This document shows positions 1-8,663 of a stretch of DNA of 34,022 bases, in pieces. Numbering within the stretch: the first letter of the stretch is position 1; the number at the start of each line of letters is the position of its first letter. The notes under the pieces were generated by a model. That model saw only the letters and a program-made list of their open reading frames with translations. It was not told the origin of the DNA and searched no databases. The stretch comes from a bacterium (GTDB lineage: Bacteria > Zhuqueibacterota > Zhuqueibacteria > Zhuqueibacterales > Zhuqueibacteraceae), in assembly GCA_044869275.1 (NCBI GenBank), contig JBIOXB010000020.1, forward strand, positions 1-34,022, given 5' to 3'. The position numbers and the translations under genes are program-made.

Positions 1-1757
1 CCGGGATTCAAGCCAAGAACCGCCGCTGCACCTGCTGGTCCCTTGATGCGCCAATTCGTCTTTTTCAAAACTTCAGTGATGTGCTTGATTTCAATTTGTT
101 CCAAGGTCGCTCCATTTGACTGAGACAATGCCGTGGATTGTTCGGGCAATTGGATCTGCAGTGTTTTACCCGTGCTGATGATGAGAGCGTGCTCAATGAC
201 GTTGCGCAACTGCCGGATATTCCCTGGCCACTTGTAACCCTGCAACATTTCCATGGTCTTTTTCGGCACGGATTGAATCTGCTTCCCCATCTTTTGGCCG
301 AGCTCATTGATAAAGGCCCATACCAGCAGGGGGATATCCTCGGCTCGTTCGCGCAACGGCGGCACTTGAATGGGAAAGACATTCAAACGATAGTAGAGGT
401 CTTCGCGAAAATTGCCCAGCCGCACTTCTTCAGCAAGATCGCGATTGGTGGCCGCAATAACACGCACATTCACTTTGATGGTCTTCGGGCTCCCTAGCCG
501 CTCGAACTCGCCTTCCTGCAGCACACGGAGCAACTTGGGTTGCAGCTCTAGCGGCAGCTCTCCGATCTCATCGAGAAAAATCGTGGAGCCCTCGGCGATT
601 TCAAAGCGCCCGGCTTGCCGGTTCATGGCGCCGGTATAAGCGCCTTTCTCCCGGCCGAAAAGCTCGCTCTCGATCAGGGCCGCAGGCAACGAGGCGCAAT
701 TGACTTTGACCATCATTTTGTCCTTGCGCGAGCCATGATTGTGAATGGCATTTGCCAGCAGTTCTTTCCCCGTTCCGGTTTCGCCCAAGATCAGCACGGT
801 GGCGTCGGTCGATACCACCTGCCCCATGCCGCTGACCATTTTCTTAATGGCTTCGCTCTGGCCCGTGATCTCGCCGAAGGTTTGCTCCAGCTTTATTTCC
901 TGGCGCAGGTAAACATTCTCCGCTTCCAATCGTTCTTTGAGCTGTGAGATCTCGGCCAATGCGTTTTGCAGCCTCGTTTCCGCGTGCTTGCGGTGATCCA
1001 CTTCCTCCTGCAACAGCCGTGTTCTTTTTTTGATGCCGCGAATCCGGGTTTGATGAATGAAAATAATCAGGACGATGGCGGCAGCCAGGCCGGCAACGCG
1101 AAACCACCACGTTTGCCACCAGGGCGGTGTAATGCTCAGCCTGAGTGAAGCGCCCTCCTCATTCCAAATACCGTCATTGTTCGAGCCTTTGACGCGAAAG
1201 GTGTATTCGCCCGGATCCAGGTTGGTGTAGGTAGCCTCCGGTCTGGGTCCGGCACGGATCCAGTCCGCATCAAAGCCCTCCATCAAAGCACCGCCCCGAT
1301 TTTCGAAAATGGCCTGAACGTCGTCGTGGCTCAGGCTGTAAGGGTTTTGTGAATGATGTTGGTACCGGACAAAGGAATTGGTGGCGAGATCGTATCTGTT
1401 CAATCCAGCGGAATGGGTTCGCACCCAAAGGTTCCCCCGCCGGTCCGCATAAACCGCCCGGATGGCATTGGCAGATAGGGAGGTCGAATCTGCTGCATTG
1501 CAGGAGTAGATCTTGAAATGATAGCCGTCATACCGGTTCAACCCGTCGCGCGTGCCGAACCACAAGAAGCCTCTGCTGTCCTGGGCAATACCAGCCACAA
1601 AATTTTGCGATAGGCCGTTGTCGATGGTGAGTCGCTCAAAGTTGCGGAAATTGATTTGAGCGGGCGAAGGAGGGCACGCACAGAACACGATCGCTTGAAT
1701 CAGCACGACGAGCTTGTAAGGCTCCTTTTTTGCTCCCATAACTCCACTACGCCACAT
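1..1757 (-). CDS. Membrane-anchored sigma-54-dependent activator: signal peptide, a few Reg_prop propeller repeats, partial Y_Y_Y domain, TM helix, coiled coil, AAA+ and Fis-type HTH; 3' end lies outside the window
   Basis: Hand translation from ATG 1757 (alternative ATG 1739) gives one open frame to the window edge, at least 585 codons. It is missing from the ORF track because there is no stop in the window. Motifs: [65 protein letters not shown] plus hydrophobic helix, [50 protein letters not shown]. Confidence 0.9.
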   Translation of the reverse strand, partial: MWRSGVMGAKKEPYKLVVLIQAIVFCACPPSPAQINFRNFERLTIDNGLSQNFVAGIAQDSRGFLWFGTRDGLNRYDGYHFKIYSCNAADSTSLSANAIRAVYADRRGNLWVRTHSAGLNRYDLATNSFVRYQHHSQNPYSLSHDDVQAIFENRGGALMEGFDADWIRAGPRPEATYTNLDPGEYTFRVKGSNNDGIWNEEGASLRLSITPPWWQTWWFRVAGLAAAIVLIIFIHQTRIRGIKKRTRLLQEEVDHRKHAETRLQNALAEISQLKERLEAENVYLRQEIKLEQTFGEITGQSEAIKKMVSGMGQVVSTDATVLILGETGTGKELLANAIHNHGSRKDKMMVKVNCASLPAALIESELFGREKGAYTGAMNRQAGRFEIAEGSTIFLDEIGELPLELQPKLLRVLQEGEFERLGSPKTIKVNVRVIAATNRDLAEEVRLGNFREDLYYRLNVFPIQVPPLRERAEDIPLLVWAFINELGQKMGKQIQSVPKKTMEMLQGYKWPGNIRQLRNVIEHALIISTGKTLQIQLPEQSTALSQSNGATLEQIEIKHITEVLKKTNWRIKGPAGAAAVLGLNP

Positions 1758-1764
1758 TGTTGAC

Positions 1765-1841
1765 TTGCCGTAGCTGCCTCTCCTGCGGGCAGCATTTTTG
1801 TCCGTTCTAAACGGAATCCTCGAGCAGCTCGCTCGCGGCAA
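1765..1841 (-). ncRNA. Candidate cis-regulatory structured RNA (four-way junction) in the 5' leader of the sigma-54 activator
   Basis: Four perfect Watson-Crick stems (plus-strand coordinates): 1765-70/1836-41, 1773-78/1788-93, 1801-06/1810-15, 1821-25/1831-35. It lies between a predicted promoter (1866-1894) and the ATG at 1757. Confidence 0.45.
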
Positions 1842-1865
1842 TGATTTCTAGGAGATTGTTACTTC

Positions 1866-1894
1866 AAGCTAACAAACATTTCCATGAGTGTCAA
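1866..1894 (-). promoter_or_regulatory. Sigma-70-type promoter for the sigma-54 activator gene
   Basis: TTGACA-17 bp-TAGCTT on the minus strand. Confidence 0.6.
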
Positions 1895-1998
1895 GACAAC
1901 CACGACGAGCGGCCACCATTTTGACCGGGTGATGGGCGGGAGCGATTTCTCGTGTTCCTTCGCGCCGAAGCATGGTGGCGAGAATTGCGATCAGGGTT

Positions 1999-2850
1999 TC
2001 ATGCGAGGTACTTAATGAGCAATACTTCGTTGCCTTGTTCATTGTGGATCAACTCGTCCACAAGCCGGCTCGCCAGCAATAGGCCGAATCCGCCGGGGCG
2101 CATGCCGCGGTGCTCCCGTTCTGACTGGTGGCGAAAGAGCTCGCCTGGCGGATTGGACACCGCCGCATGAGGCAATGCTTCGAAGGAGAAGCCCGGGCCG
2201 GGATCGCTGATGCGGTAGCCGATCAAACGATCGGTGCGAAGATAGCCGATTTCCACCCAGCGCCGGGGGTGGAGTTTGCCGCCATGCTCGATGGCGTTCA
2301 TCAACATCTCACGAAAGGCGATGCCCATGTTTTCGCGCTCCTGGTCGGCCAGTCCAACTCTGAGCTCAGAGCAGAATTGGATCAGACGCTCCGCGGTCAA
2401 TTGCCGGCAGCGCACGCGCAGGGTGATCCACTGGGGATGAGCCGAGAGGATTTCAATGCCATCATCCCATTGCGGCAGCCCCAGCGCCTGGGCGATCATC
2501 TCCCTCACCGCCTCGAGGTCGAAAGGCCGGGTGAAATAGCTGAAGGCATGTTCCCGTATCGCGTCTATGACGGTCTGCGCCGTGCCTTGGGCGGCCATCA
2601 CAATAACCTTGGCCTCGGGCCGCATGCGGCGGATCTGGCGCAGCAGTTCAACGTCTTCTTCGGCAGGCGTGCGCAAGTCCGTCAGGATCACGTCGAACGC
2701 GCGTTCCTCCACGCGCCTCATCAGCTCCTGATGGTCCCGCACGAGCTCAAACTGGCAGGCGAGCGGGCGGTTCTCCTCGCTCAACAATTCGTCGACCCGG
2801 GGATCTCCGCCAACCGCTAGAAGGATCTTGTCATGGTTTGCGGTGCTCAT
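1999..2850 (-). CDS. Receiver-like domain fused to an RsbW-like (HATPase_c_2) Ser/Thr kinase domain
   Basis: REC-like DVILTDLRTP. GHKL boxes EMLMNAIEHG, DPGPGF and GGFGL. Start moved to ATG 2850 (MSTANHDK) because the longer ORF start runs through a terminator. Confidence 0.85.
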   Translation of the reverse strand: MSTANHDKILLAVGGDPRVDELLSEENRPLACQFELVRDHQELMRRVEERAFDVILTDLRTPAEEDVELLRQIRRMRPEAKVIVMAAQGTAQTVIDAIREHAFSYFTRPFDLEAVREMIAQALGLPQWDDGIEILSAHPQWITLRVRCRQLTAERLIQFCSELRVGLADQERENMGIAFREMLMNAIEHGGKLHPRRWVEIGYLRTDRLIGYRISDPGPGFSFEALPHAAVSNPPGELFRHQSEREHRGMRPGGFGLLLASRLVDELIHNEQGNEVLLIKYLA

Positions 2851-2869
2851 GGCCTCATGCTTCAATTTC

Positions 2870-2911
2870 AAAAAATAAAAACCCCTCGTCCAGTCCGGTC
2901 TGAAGAGGGGT
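2870..2911 (-). terminator. Intrinsic terminator after the ppiD-like gene
   Basis: Minus strand reads ACCCCTC...GAGGGGT (stem) followed by TTTTATTTTTT. Confidence 0.8.
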
Positions 2912-2945
2912 CGAAAGTAGTCCTCGGCGAGGCGGGAGAACAGCC

Positions 2946-4757
2946 TCAAAAAAACAAGTCGCGATGGTCTTTAATCTTGGCACTGGCTTTGACATGCGTG
3001 TACCATTCGTTAAACGCCTGCTGCTTGGCATTGTCGGCCAGTTGGCTGCGGATCGCGTCTTTCTTGGCGCTATAATCGGCTTCATCGAAGGGGTCGAGTT
3101 GCACGAGTTGCAAGATGTAGGAGCCGCGCAGGCCTTTCACCGGTTTTGAGAATTCCTGCCCTTTCAAGGCAAAAGCTGCCCCAATGAAAGCTTGGTCGCG
3201 TCCGATGCCGGGCACAAAGCCGGAGCGGTTGAAGGGCTGGTCCGTGTTCTTGACTTCCACCGTATCGCGCCCGGCCATCTCCTCGAGAGCCGCCGGGCCC
3301 TTTTGCAGCAGCTCGGCATAAAACTTCTCCGCGGCTTGCTGCGCCATCTGCTTCCATTTTTCGCTTTGCAGCTTGGATTCGATTTGCACCCGGGCCTCTT
3401 CCCGGGATTTCATGCGTTCGGGTTGCACTTCCTTCACGCGCAAGACCACGTATGATTGCGCCGCCTCGAACGGTGCGCTGATGCTGCCCGACTTGTTTTT
3501 GAAAACGAAGCGCGAAGCGTTGCGATTCACGCCCAGGCCCGGCACGAAGCCGTTGCCTTCCACGAACGGCGCGCTGGTTTGCGCCCTTACCTTTTCGCTT
3601 TTCAGCATCTCTTCCCAAGTGGCCTCTTGCGCCCCGGAGGAAAAATAGCTCGCGCTGTCGCGTGCGGCCGTCATGGTCTCATTTGAGGTGTTGAACTTCA
3701 ACAGAATGTGGCTGGCTTGCACGGATTCTTCGTTGTTTTCCGTTTTCTTTGCCGCCACTTTGATGAGATGCACACCGAAGCTGGTCAGCACGGGCCCCAC
3801 GACTTCGCCGGCATTTGCCGCAAAGGCCGCGTCTTCAAACGGCTTCACCATGGCGCCGCGCTTGAAAAAGCCCAAATCACCGCCGCGCTCGCGATTGCTT
3901 TCGTCCTCGGAATATCTCTTCGCCAGCTCGGCGAAATCCTCGCCGGCCAGAACACGCTCTTTCAATGTCAACGCCAAATCGCGCACTGCTTGCGAATCTT
4001 TAGGCGAGGGGCGCGTTGCGAACGTCACATATTCAATGACGCGCTTCTCGGCCTCTTTGAATTCTTTTTCTTTGTTTTCATTATAATACTTGTCGATTTC
4101 CGTGGCCTCGACCGCGCCACCGTTGTTGCGGTATTTGTCCATGGGAAACAAAACGTAACGCACCGTCACTTTCTGATTGCGCTTGAGATATTCGTCCTTC
4201 ACCTGGCTTTCGGTGACCAGCACGGAAGCGTCGAACCGTTCTTGAAACTTCTGATACGGCAGGGCGCGGCGCAGATAATCCTCCAGCGGCTGCCAATTGG
4301 CTCCGGGGTCCCGCAACGCCGCTTGATATTTGCCATAGTCAAATTCGCCCTTCTCGTTGTGAAAAGTATTTTGTTGCTTGATGATTTCCGGCGGCGCCTC
4401 GAAAATATAATGCACGATCTCTTTGTCCGTGGCCTTGATGCCGCGCTTTTGAATTTCCTGCGAGATCAGTTCGTCGCGGATGAGATTCTCATAGACTTGA
4501 TTGCGCACGAAGTCGAGCTGGCTCTCCGAAGGATCGCTGCCGGTGCGGCGGCGCAGATTCTCCAATTCCTGCTCGTACAGCTGCGAAAAAGCCTGCACCG
4601 ATATGCCTTTGCCATTCACTTCGGCGATCTTGGTGTGCTGGGTTTTCTGTCCGGTAACGTCCATGCCCCAATCAAAAATAATTGTGCCAACGAAGGCCAC
4701 CACCAAGAAAATGAGAAAAAACTTGGTGTAGTCCCGCATTTTTTCCATTACTGCCAT
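2946..4757 (-). CDS. PpiD/SurA-like membrane-anchored periplasmic chaperone with parvulin PPIase domain
   Basis: N-terminal TM helix (FFLIFLVVAFVGTIIF), SurA_N-like helical region, and rotamase motif FAELAKRYSED..GGDLGFF..MVKPFEDAAF..GPVLTSFGVHLIK. GGAG RBS before ATG 4757. Confidence 0.9.
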   Translation of the reverse strand: MAVMEKMRDYTKFFLIFLVVAFVGTIIFDWGMDVTGQKTQHTKIAEVNGKGISVQAFSQLYEQELENLRRRTGSDPSESQLDFVRNQVYENLIRDELISQEIQKRGIKATDKEIVHYIFEAPPEIIKQQNTFHNEKGEFDYGKYQAALRDPGANWQPLEDYLRRALPYQKFQERFDASVLVTESQVKDEYLKRNQKVTVRYVLFPMDKYRNNGGAVEATEIDKYYNENKEKEFKEAEKRVIEYVTFATRPSPKDSQAVRDLALTLKERVLAGEDFAELAKRYSEDESNRERGGDLGFFKRGAMVKPFEDAAFAANAGEVVGPVLTSFGVHLIKVAAKKTENNEESVQASHILLKFNTSNETMTAARDSASYFSSGAQEATWEEMLKSEKVRAQTSAPFVEGNGFVPGLGVNRNASRFVFKNKSGSISAPFEAAQSYVVLRVKEVQPERMKSREEARVQIESKLQSEKWKQMAQQAAEKFYAELLQKGPAALEEMAGRDTVEVKNTDQPFNRSGFVPGIGRDQAFIGAAFALKGQEFSKPVKGLRGSYILQLVQLDPFDEADYSAKKDAIRSQLADNAKQQAFNEWYTHVKASAKIKDHRDLFF

Positions 4758-4803
4758 GACTGCTACTCCAAATTTGTTGGGATGAGTAATCAAAAATCTT
4801 AGA

Positions 4804-4832
4804 AATATACACGGCGGAGCGGGAATTTGCAA
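4804..4832 (-). promoter_or_regulatory. Sigma-70-type promoter for the ppiD-like gene
   Basis: TTGCAA-17 bp-TATATT on the minus strand. Confidence 0.6.
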
Positions 4833-4868
4833 GCTGTTTTTCCCGCTGCCAGGGCAGTTTTGCCGTGC

Positions 4869-4897
4869 TTGACATTGAGAGCGTCGAGGTTTATATT
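4869..4897 (+). promoter_or_regulatory. Sigma-70-type promoter for uvrB
   Basis: TTGACA-17 bp-TATATT, back-to-back with the ppiD promoter. Confidence 0.7.
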
Positions 4898-4980
4898 CCA
4901 AGATTGTTATTTCGCCGTATCTGCCAAATTTTCATTCCTGGCAGAATCTGAGATCGTCTTGGATTCCGATCACCGGCATC

Positions 4981-7038
4981 ATGGACAAATTTGAACTGGT
5001 TTCTGACTACCGCCCTACTGGCGACCAGCCGCAAGCGATCGCGGCACTGGCCGAGGGCTTGCAAGGTGGCGCCGCGCATCAAGTTTTGCTGGGCGTCACC
5101 GGCAGCGGCAAGACGTTCACGCTGGCGAATGTGATTGCGCAGGTGAACCGGCCGGTGCTGGTCATTTCGCACAACAAAACGCTGGCGGCACAGCTTTACG
5201 GCGAATTCAAAAGTTACTTCCCGCGCAACGCGGTGGAGTATTTCATCAGCTATTACGATTATTACCAGCCGGAAGCTTATGTGCCAACTTCCGATACCTA
5301 TATTGAAAAAGACACCTCGATCAACGACGAAATTGATCGCCTGCGTTTGAAAGCCACAAGCTCCCTGCTGTCCCGTCAGGACGTCATCATCGTCGCTTCG
5401 GTCTCTTGCATTTACGGCTTGGGCGATCCCGAAGACTATAAAGCCGAACTGCTCATGCTGCATCGCGGGCAGCGCCTCGAGCGTAACAAGATCCTCGAGC
5501 GCTTGGTGGACATGCAATATGCGCGCAACGATTTCGACTTTGCCCGCGGCACGTTTCGCGTGCGCGGGGACGTGATCGAGGTCATACCCGCGTACGAGCG
5601 TGAGGCCTATCGCATCGAGATGTTCGGCAACGAGATCGAAGCTTTTTCCCAGATCAACACCGTCACCGGTGAAATTATCGGCGAAGTGGACAGCGTCGCG
5701 ATTTTTCCGGCCAAGCATTTCGTCACGCCGCCGCACAAAGTGGAACGCGCGCTGGTGGCCATTAAAGAAGAGCTGGCAGAGCGGCTGGCCTGGTTCCGCG
5801 AAAAGAACAAACTGCTCGAAGCGCAGCGCCTCGAAATGCGCACCAATTTTGATTTGGAAATGCTGCAGGAAATCGGCACCTGCCACGGCGTGGAGAATTA
5901 TTCGCGGCATCTGTCCGGCCGCGTCGCCGGACAAAGGCCATACACTCTGATCGACTATTTCCCCAAGGATTTCGTCGTTGTCATCGACGAATCGCACGCC
6001 ACCGTTCCGCAAATTAATGGCATGTACCACGGTGATCGCGCGCGCAAAGAAACGCTGGTCGAGTACGGCTTTCGTCTGCCCTCGGCGCTGGACAACCGGC
6101 CGTTGACGCTGCCGGAGTTCGAAAGCATGACCTCGCAAACGATCTATGTTTCCGCGACGCCGGCAGAATATGAGCTGCAAAAAAGCCAGGGCGTGATCGT
6201 CGAGCAAATCCTCCGCCCCACCGGCTTGACGGATCCCGAAGTCGAAATCCGGCCGATTCAAAATCAAATCGACGATCTCGTCGGCGAAATCAAACAGCGC
6301 GCGGAAAAAAACGAGCGGGTGCTGGTGACGACTTTGACCAAGCGCATGGCGGAAGATTTGACCGATTATCTCGCGGAAATGGGCATTCGCGTGCGCTATC
6401 TGCATTCCGAGATCGATGCCCTCGACCGCGTCGTCATCGTGCGCGATTTGCGGCTGGCGGAATTCGACGTGCTCGTCGGCGTGAATCTGCTGCGTGAGGG
6501 CCTCGATCTTCCCGAAGTTTCATTGGTTGCCATTTTAGATGCCGATAAAGAAGGCTTCCTGCGCAGCGAGCGTTCTTTGATTCAAACCGGCGGCCGCGCC
6601 GCGCGCCATCTCAACGGCAAGGTGATCATGTATGCCGACGTGGTCACCGGCTCGATGCGCAAAATGATCGACGAAACCAATCGCCGGCGCGAGGTGCAGC
6701 GCCAATACAACGAACAGCATGGCATCACGCCGAAGTCGGTCTATAAAAGCACGGAAGAGATTATGAGCTCCACGCGCGTGGCCGATGCCAAAACAGAAAA
6801 ATACGGCGCGGAAGCCCAAGATCAGGTGTCCGACAGCAAGTGGCGCGACCTGACTCCGTTCGAACGCGAGGAGATGCTCGATCGCCTGGAAAAAGAAATG
6901 CTCGACGCCTCGCGGCAGCTCGAATTTGAACGCGCGGCGCAATTGCGCGACGAACTCGAGCGTTTGCGCACCGGCAAGAAAAAGGGCGGTGGAGGCGTGA
7001 CTTACGCCGTGAAAGAAAAACGCCGCCGCGGGCGGTGA
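4981..7038 (+). CDS. uvrB: Excinuclease ABC subunit B
   Basis: [31 protein letters not shown] and C-terminal UVR domain [11 protein letters not shown]. Confidence 0.98.
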   Translation: MDKFELVSDYRPTGDQPQAIAALAEGLQGGAAHQVLLGVTGSGKTFTLANVIAQVNRPVLVISHNKTLAAQLYGEFKSYFPRNAVEYFISYYDYYQPEAYVPTSDTYIEKDTSINDEIDRLRLKATSSLLSRQDVIIVASVSCIYGLGDPEDYKAELLMLHRGQRLERNKILERLVDMQYARNDFDFARGTFRVRGDVIEVIPAYEREAYRIEMFGNEIEAFSQINTVTGEIIGEVDSVAIFPAKHFVTPPHKVERALVAIKEELAERLAWFREKNKLLEAQRLEMRTNFDLEMLQEIGTCHGVENYSRHLSGRVAGQRPYTLIDYFPKDFVVVIDESHATVPQINGMYHGDRARKETLVEYGFRLPSALDNRPLTLPEFESMTSQTIYVSATPAEYELQKSQGVIVEQILRPTGLTDPEVEIRPIQNQIDDLVGEIKQRAEKNERVLVTTLTKRMAEDLTDYLAEMGIRVRYLHSEIDALDRVVIVRDLRLAEFDVLVGVNLLREGLDLPEVSLVAILDADKEGFLRSERSLIQTGGRAARHLNGKVIMYADVVTGSMRKMIDETNRRREVQRQYNEQHGITPKSVYKSTEEIMSSTRVADAKTEKYGAEAQDQVSDSKWRDLTPFEREEMLDRLEKEMLDASRQLEFERAAQLRDELERLRTGKKKGGGGVTYAVKEKRRRGR

Positions 7039-7056
7039 AGTTGCGTGGGAAACGGA

Positions 7057-7156
7057 GATGGTGGACGGTTGATCGTAGACAGTGGATAGTAGATCGTGGA
7101 TCGTGGATAGGTGTCACTCACGATCTACTATCCACGATCTACTATCTACGATCCAC
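7057..7156. repeat. Palindromic element made of tandem 7-nt units
   Basis: About 8 units of GAYNGTR (gatggtg gacggtt gatcgta gacagtg gatagta gatcgtg gatcgtg gataggt), then 5 reverse-complement units (cacgatc tactatc cacgatc tactatc tacgatc). Confidence 0.9.
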
Positions 7157-7182
7157 ATTCCGCTAGCTTGATTCAACTCAAA

Positions 7183-8502
7183 ATGGCGATGACTTCACTT
7201 CTTCCTTCACATAAATTGCGCGTACTGGTGGTCGGCGCGGGCGGGCGCGAGCATGCCCTGGTCTGGAAGCTGGCGCAAAGCCCCCTGGTCAGCAAAATCT
7301 TTTGCGCGCCCGGCAATGCCGGCATTGCGCAATTGGCCAGTTGTGTCGATATATCATCTACTAATGTGAATGCACTGCGACATTTCGCGCAGGAGGCGCG
7401 CATCGATTTGACGGTGGTGGGCCCGGAAACCGCGCTGGTTGCGGGCATCGTGGATGAATTCGAGGCACGGGGGTTGCCCATTTTTGGACCATCGGCGCAA
7501 GCTGCGATGATCGAAGGCAGCAAGTCGTTTGCAAAGGAATTCATGCGCAAATACCGCATTCCCACTGCGGACTATCACATCTTCTCTCGCCTGCAAGATG
7601 CGCGGCTGTATGCGCAAAAATGCCCTCTTCCCGTGGTCATCAAAGCCGACGGCCTGGCCGCCGGCAAAGGCGCACTGGTGTCCCACACCCGGGCGGACGC
7701 GATCGCTGCCGTTGAAAAAATCATGGAACGCCAGGAGTTTGGCGAGGCCGGCCAGCGCATCGTGGTGGAAGAATTCCTGGAGGGGGAAGAGGTGTCGGTG
7801 CTTTGCTTGACCGACGGCATCAATCTCTGTATTCTGCCCGCGGCGCAAGATCACAAAGCCGTTTTTGATGACGATCTGGGCCCAAATACCGGCGGCATGG
7901 GCGCTTACGCGCCGGCACCCGTCGTCGATCGCACCATGCTGCAACTGGTGCACCGCTTGATTCTGCAGCCGGCCATCGAAGGCCTGGCGTTGGAGCGCCG
8001 CCCCTATCGCGGCGTGCTGTATGCCGGCTTGATGATCACCAGAGAAGGCCCGAAAGTGATCGAGTTCAACTGCCGTTTTGGCGATCCTGAGACGCAGGTG
8101 ATTTTGCCGTTGATGGCCTCCGACCTTGCGGAAGCCATGTGGCTGGTGAGCCAGGGCGATTTGAGTGATTATGTGATGCGCGTTTCCCCGCAATGGTCCA
8201 TGGCGGTGGTGATGGCTTCGGCGGGTTATCCGGACGAATATCAAGCCGGCAAAGTGATTTCCGGTTTGACGCACAGCTCCGATCCGCATGTCGTCATCTT
8301 TCACGCCGGTACTACGCGCGGGCCGCGCGGGAAATTGATCACCAACGGCGGGCGCGTGCTGGCGGCCACGGGCGTGGGCGATTCGTTCCAACAAGCGCGG
8401 GAGCGCGCCTATTATGCCGTGAGCAGAATCAATTTTGAAGGTGAGCACCATCGCAGCGACATCGGCGCGAAGGCGCTTAAGTATTTGAATATTTTGACGT
8501 AG
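7183..8502 (+). CDS. purD: Phosphoribosylamine-glycine ligase
   Basis: GAGGREHAL, APGNAG, KADGLAAGKG, GPNTGGMGAY, EFNCRFGDPE. Start set at ATG 7183 (or 7189); the ORF-track extension reads through the repeat. Confidence 0.97.
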   Translation: MAMTSLLPSHKLRVLVVGAGGREHALVWKLAQSPLVSKIFCAPGNAGIAQLASCVDISSTNVNALRHFAQEARIDLTVVGPETALVAGIVDEFEARGLPIFGPSAQAAMIEGSKSFAKEFMRKYRIPTADYHIFSRLQDARLYAQKCPLPVVIKADGLAAGKGALVSHTRADAIAAVEKIMERQEFGEAGQRIVVEEFLEGEEVSVLCLTDGINLCILPAAQDHKAVFDDDLGPNTGGMGAYAPAPVVDRTMLQLVHRLILQPAIEGLALERRPYRGVLYAGLMITREGPKVIEFNCRFGDPETQVILPLMASDLAEAMWLVSQGDLSDYVMRVSPQWSMAVVMASAGYPDEYQAGKVISGLTHSSDPHVVIFHAGTTRGPRGKLITNGGRVLAATGVGDSFQQARERAYYAVSRINFEGEHHRSDIGAKALKYLNILT

Positions 8503-8508
8503 ACTTTT

Positions 8509-8606
8509 TCAATTGACCATTGATCGTTTGCCTTTGGCGATTGACAAAAGTGTTGAGAATGTCGCAATACTGAATCGTCAATTGTCAATGGTGAATGGTT
8601 AATGTG
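8509..8606. repeat. Degenerate palindromic element of tandem 7-nt units
   Basis: Left arm tcaattg accattg atcgttt gcctttg gcgattg. Right arm caatact gaatcgt caattgt caatggt gaatggt taatgtg. Confidence 0.7.
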
Positions 8607-8663
8607 GAATTCTCAACGAAGAAGGATCGCAATAAAGACGACACTGCAACGAAAGGACAGGGT

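Noticed and set aside
65..1148. Short ORF-track entries suggesting a fragmented pseudogene at the left edge
   Set aside because: They are alternate-frame or antisense shadows of one intact minus-strand frame (1757 to beyond position 1).
1765..1841. Cloverleaf read as an amber-suppressor or pyrrolysine tRNA (UUCUAAA loop)
   Set aside because: No TΨC loop, 6-bp acceptor stem, 7-nt linker after the first arm, no CCA, and no pyl genes in the window. Kept only as a structured-RNA candidate.
7057..7156. Tandem repeats as a CRISPR array
   Set aside because: Units are 6-10 nt with no unique spacers, and there are no cas genes.
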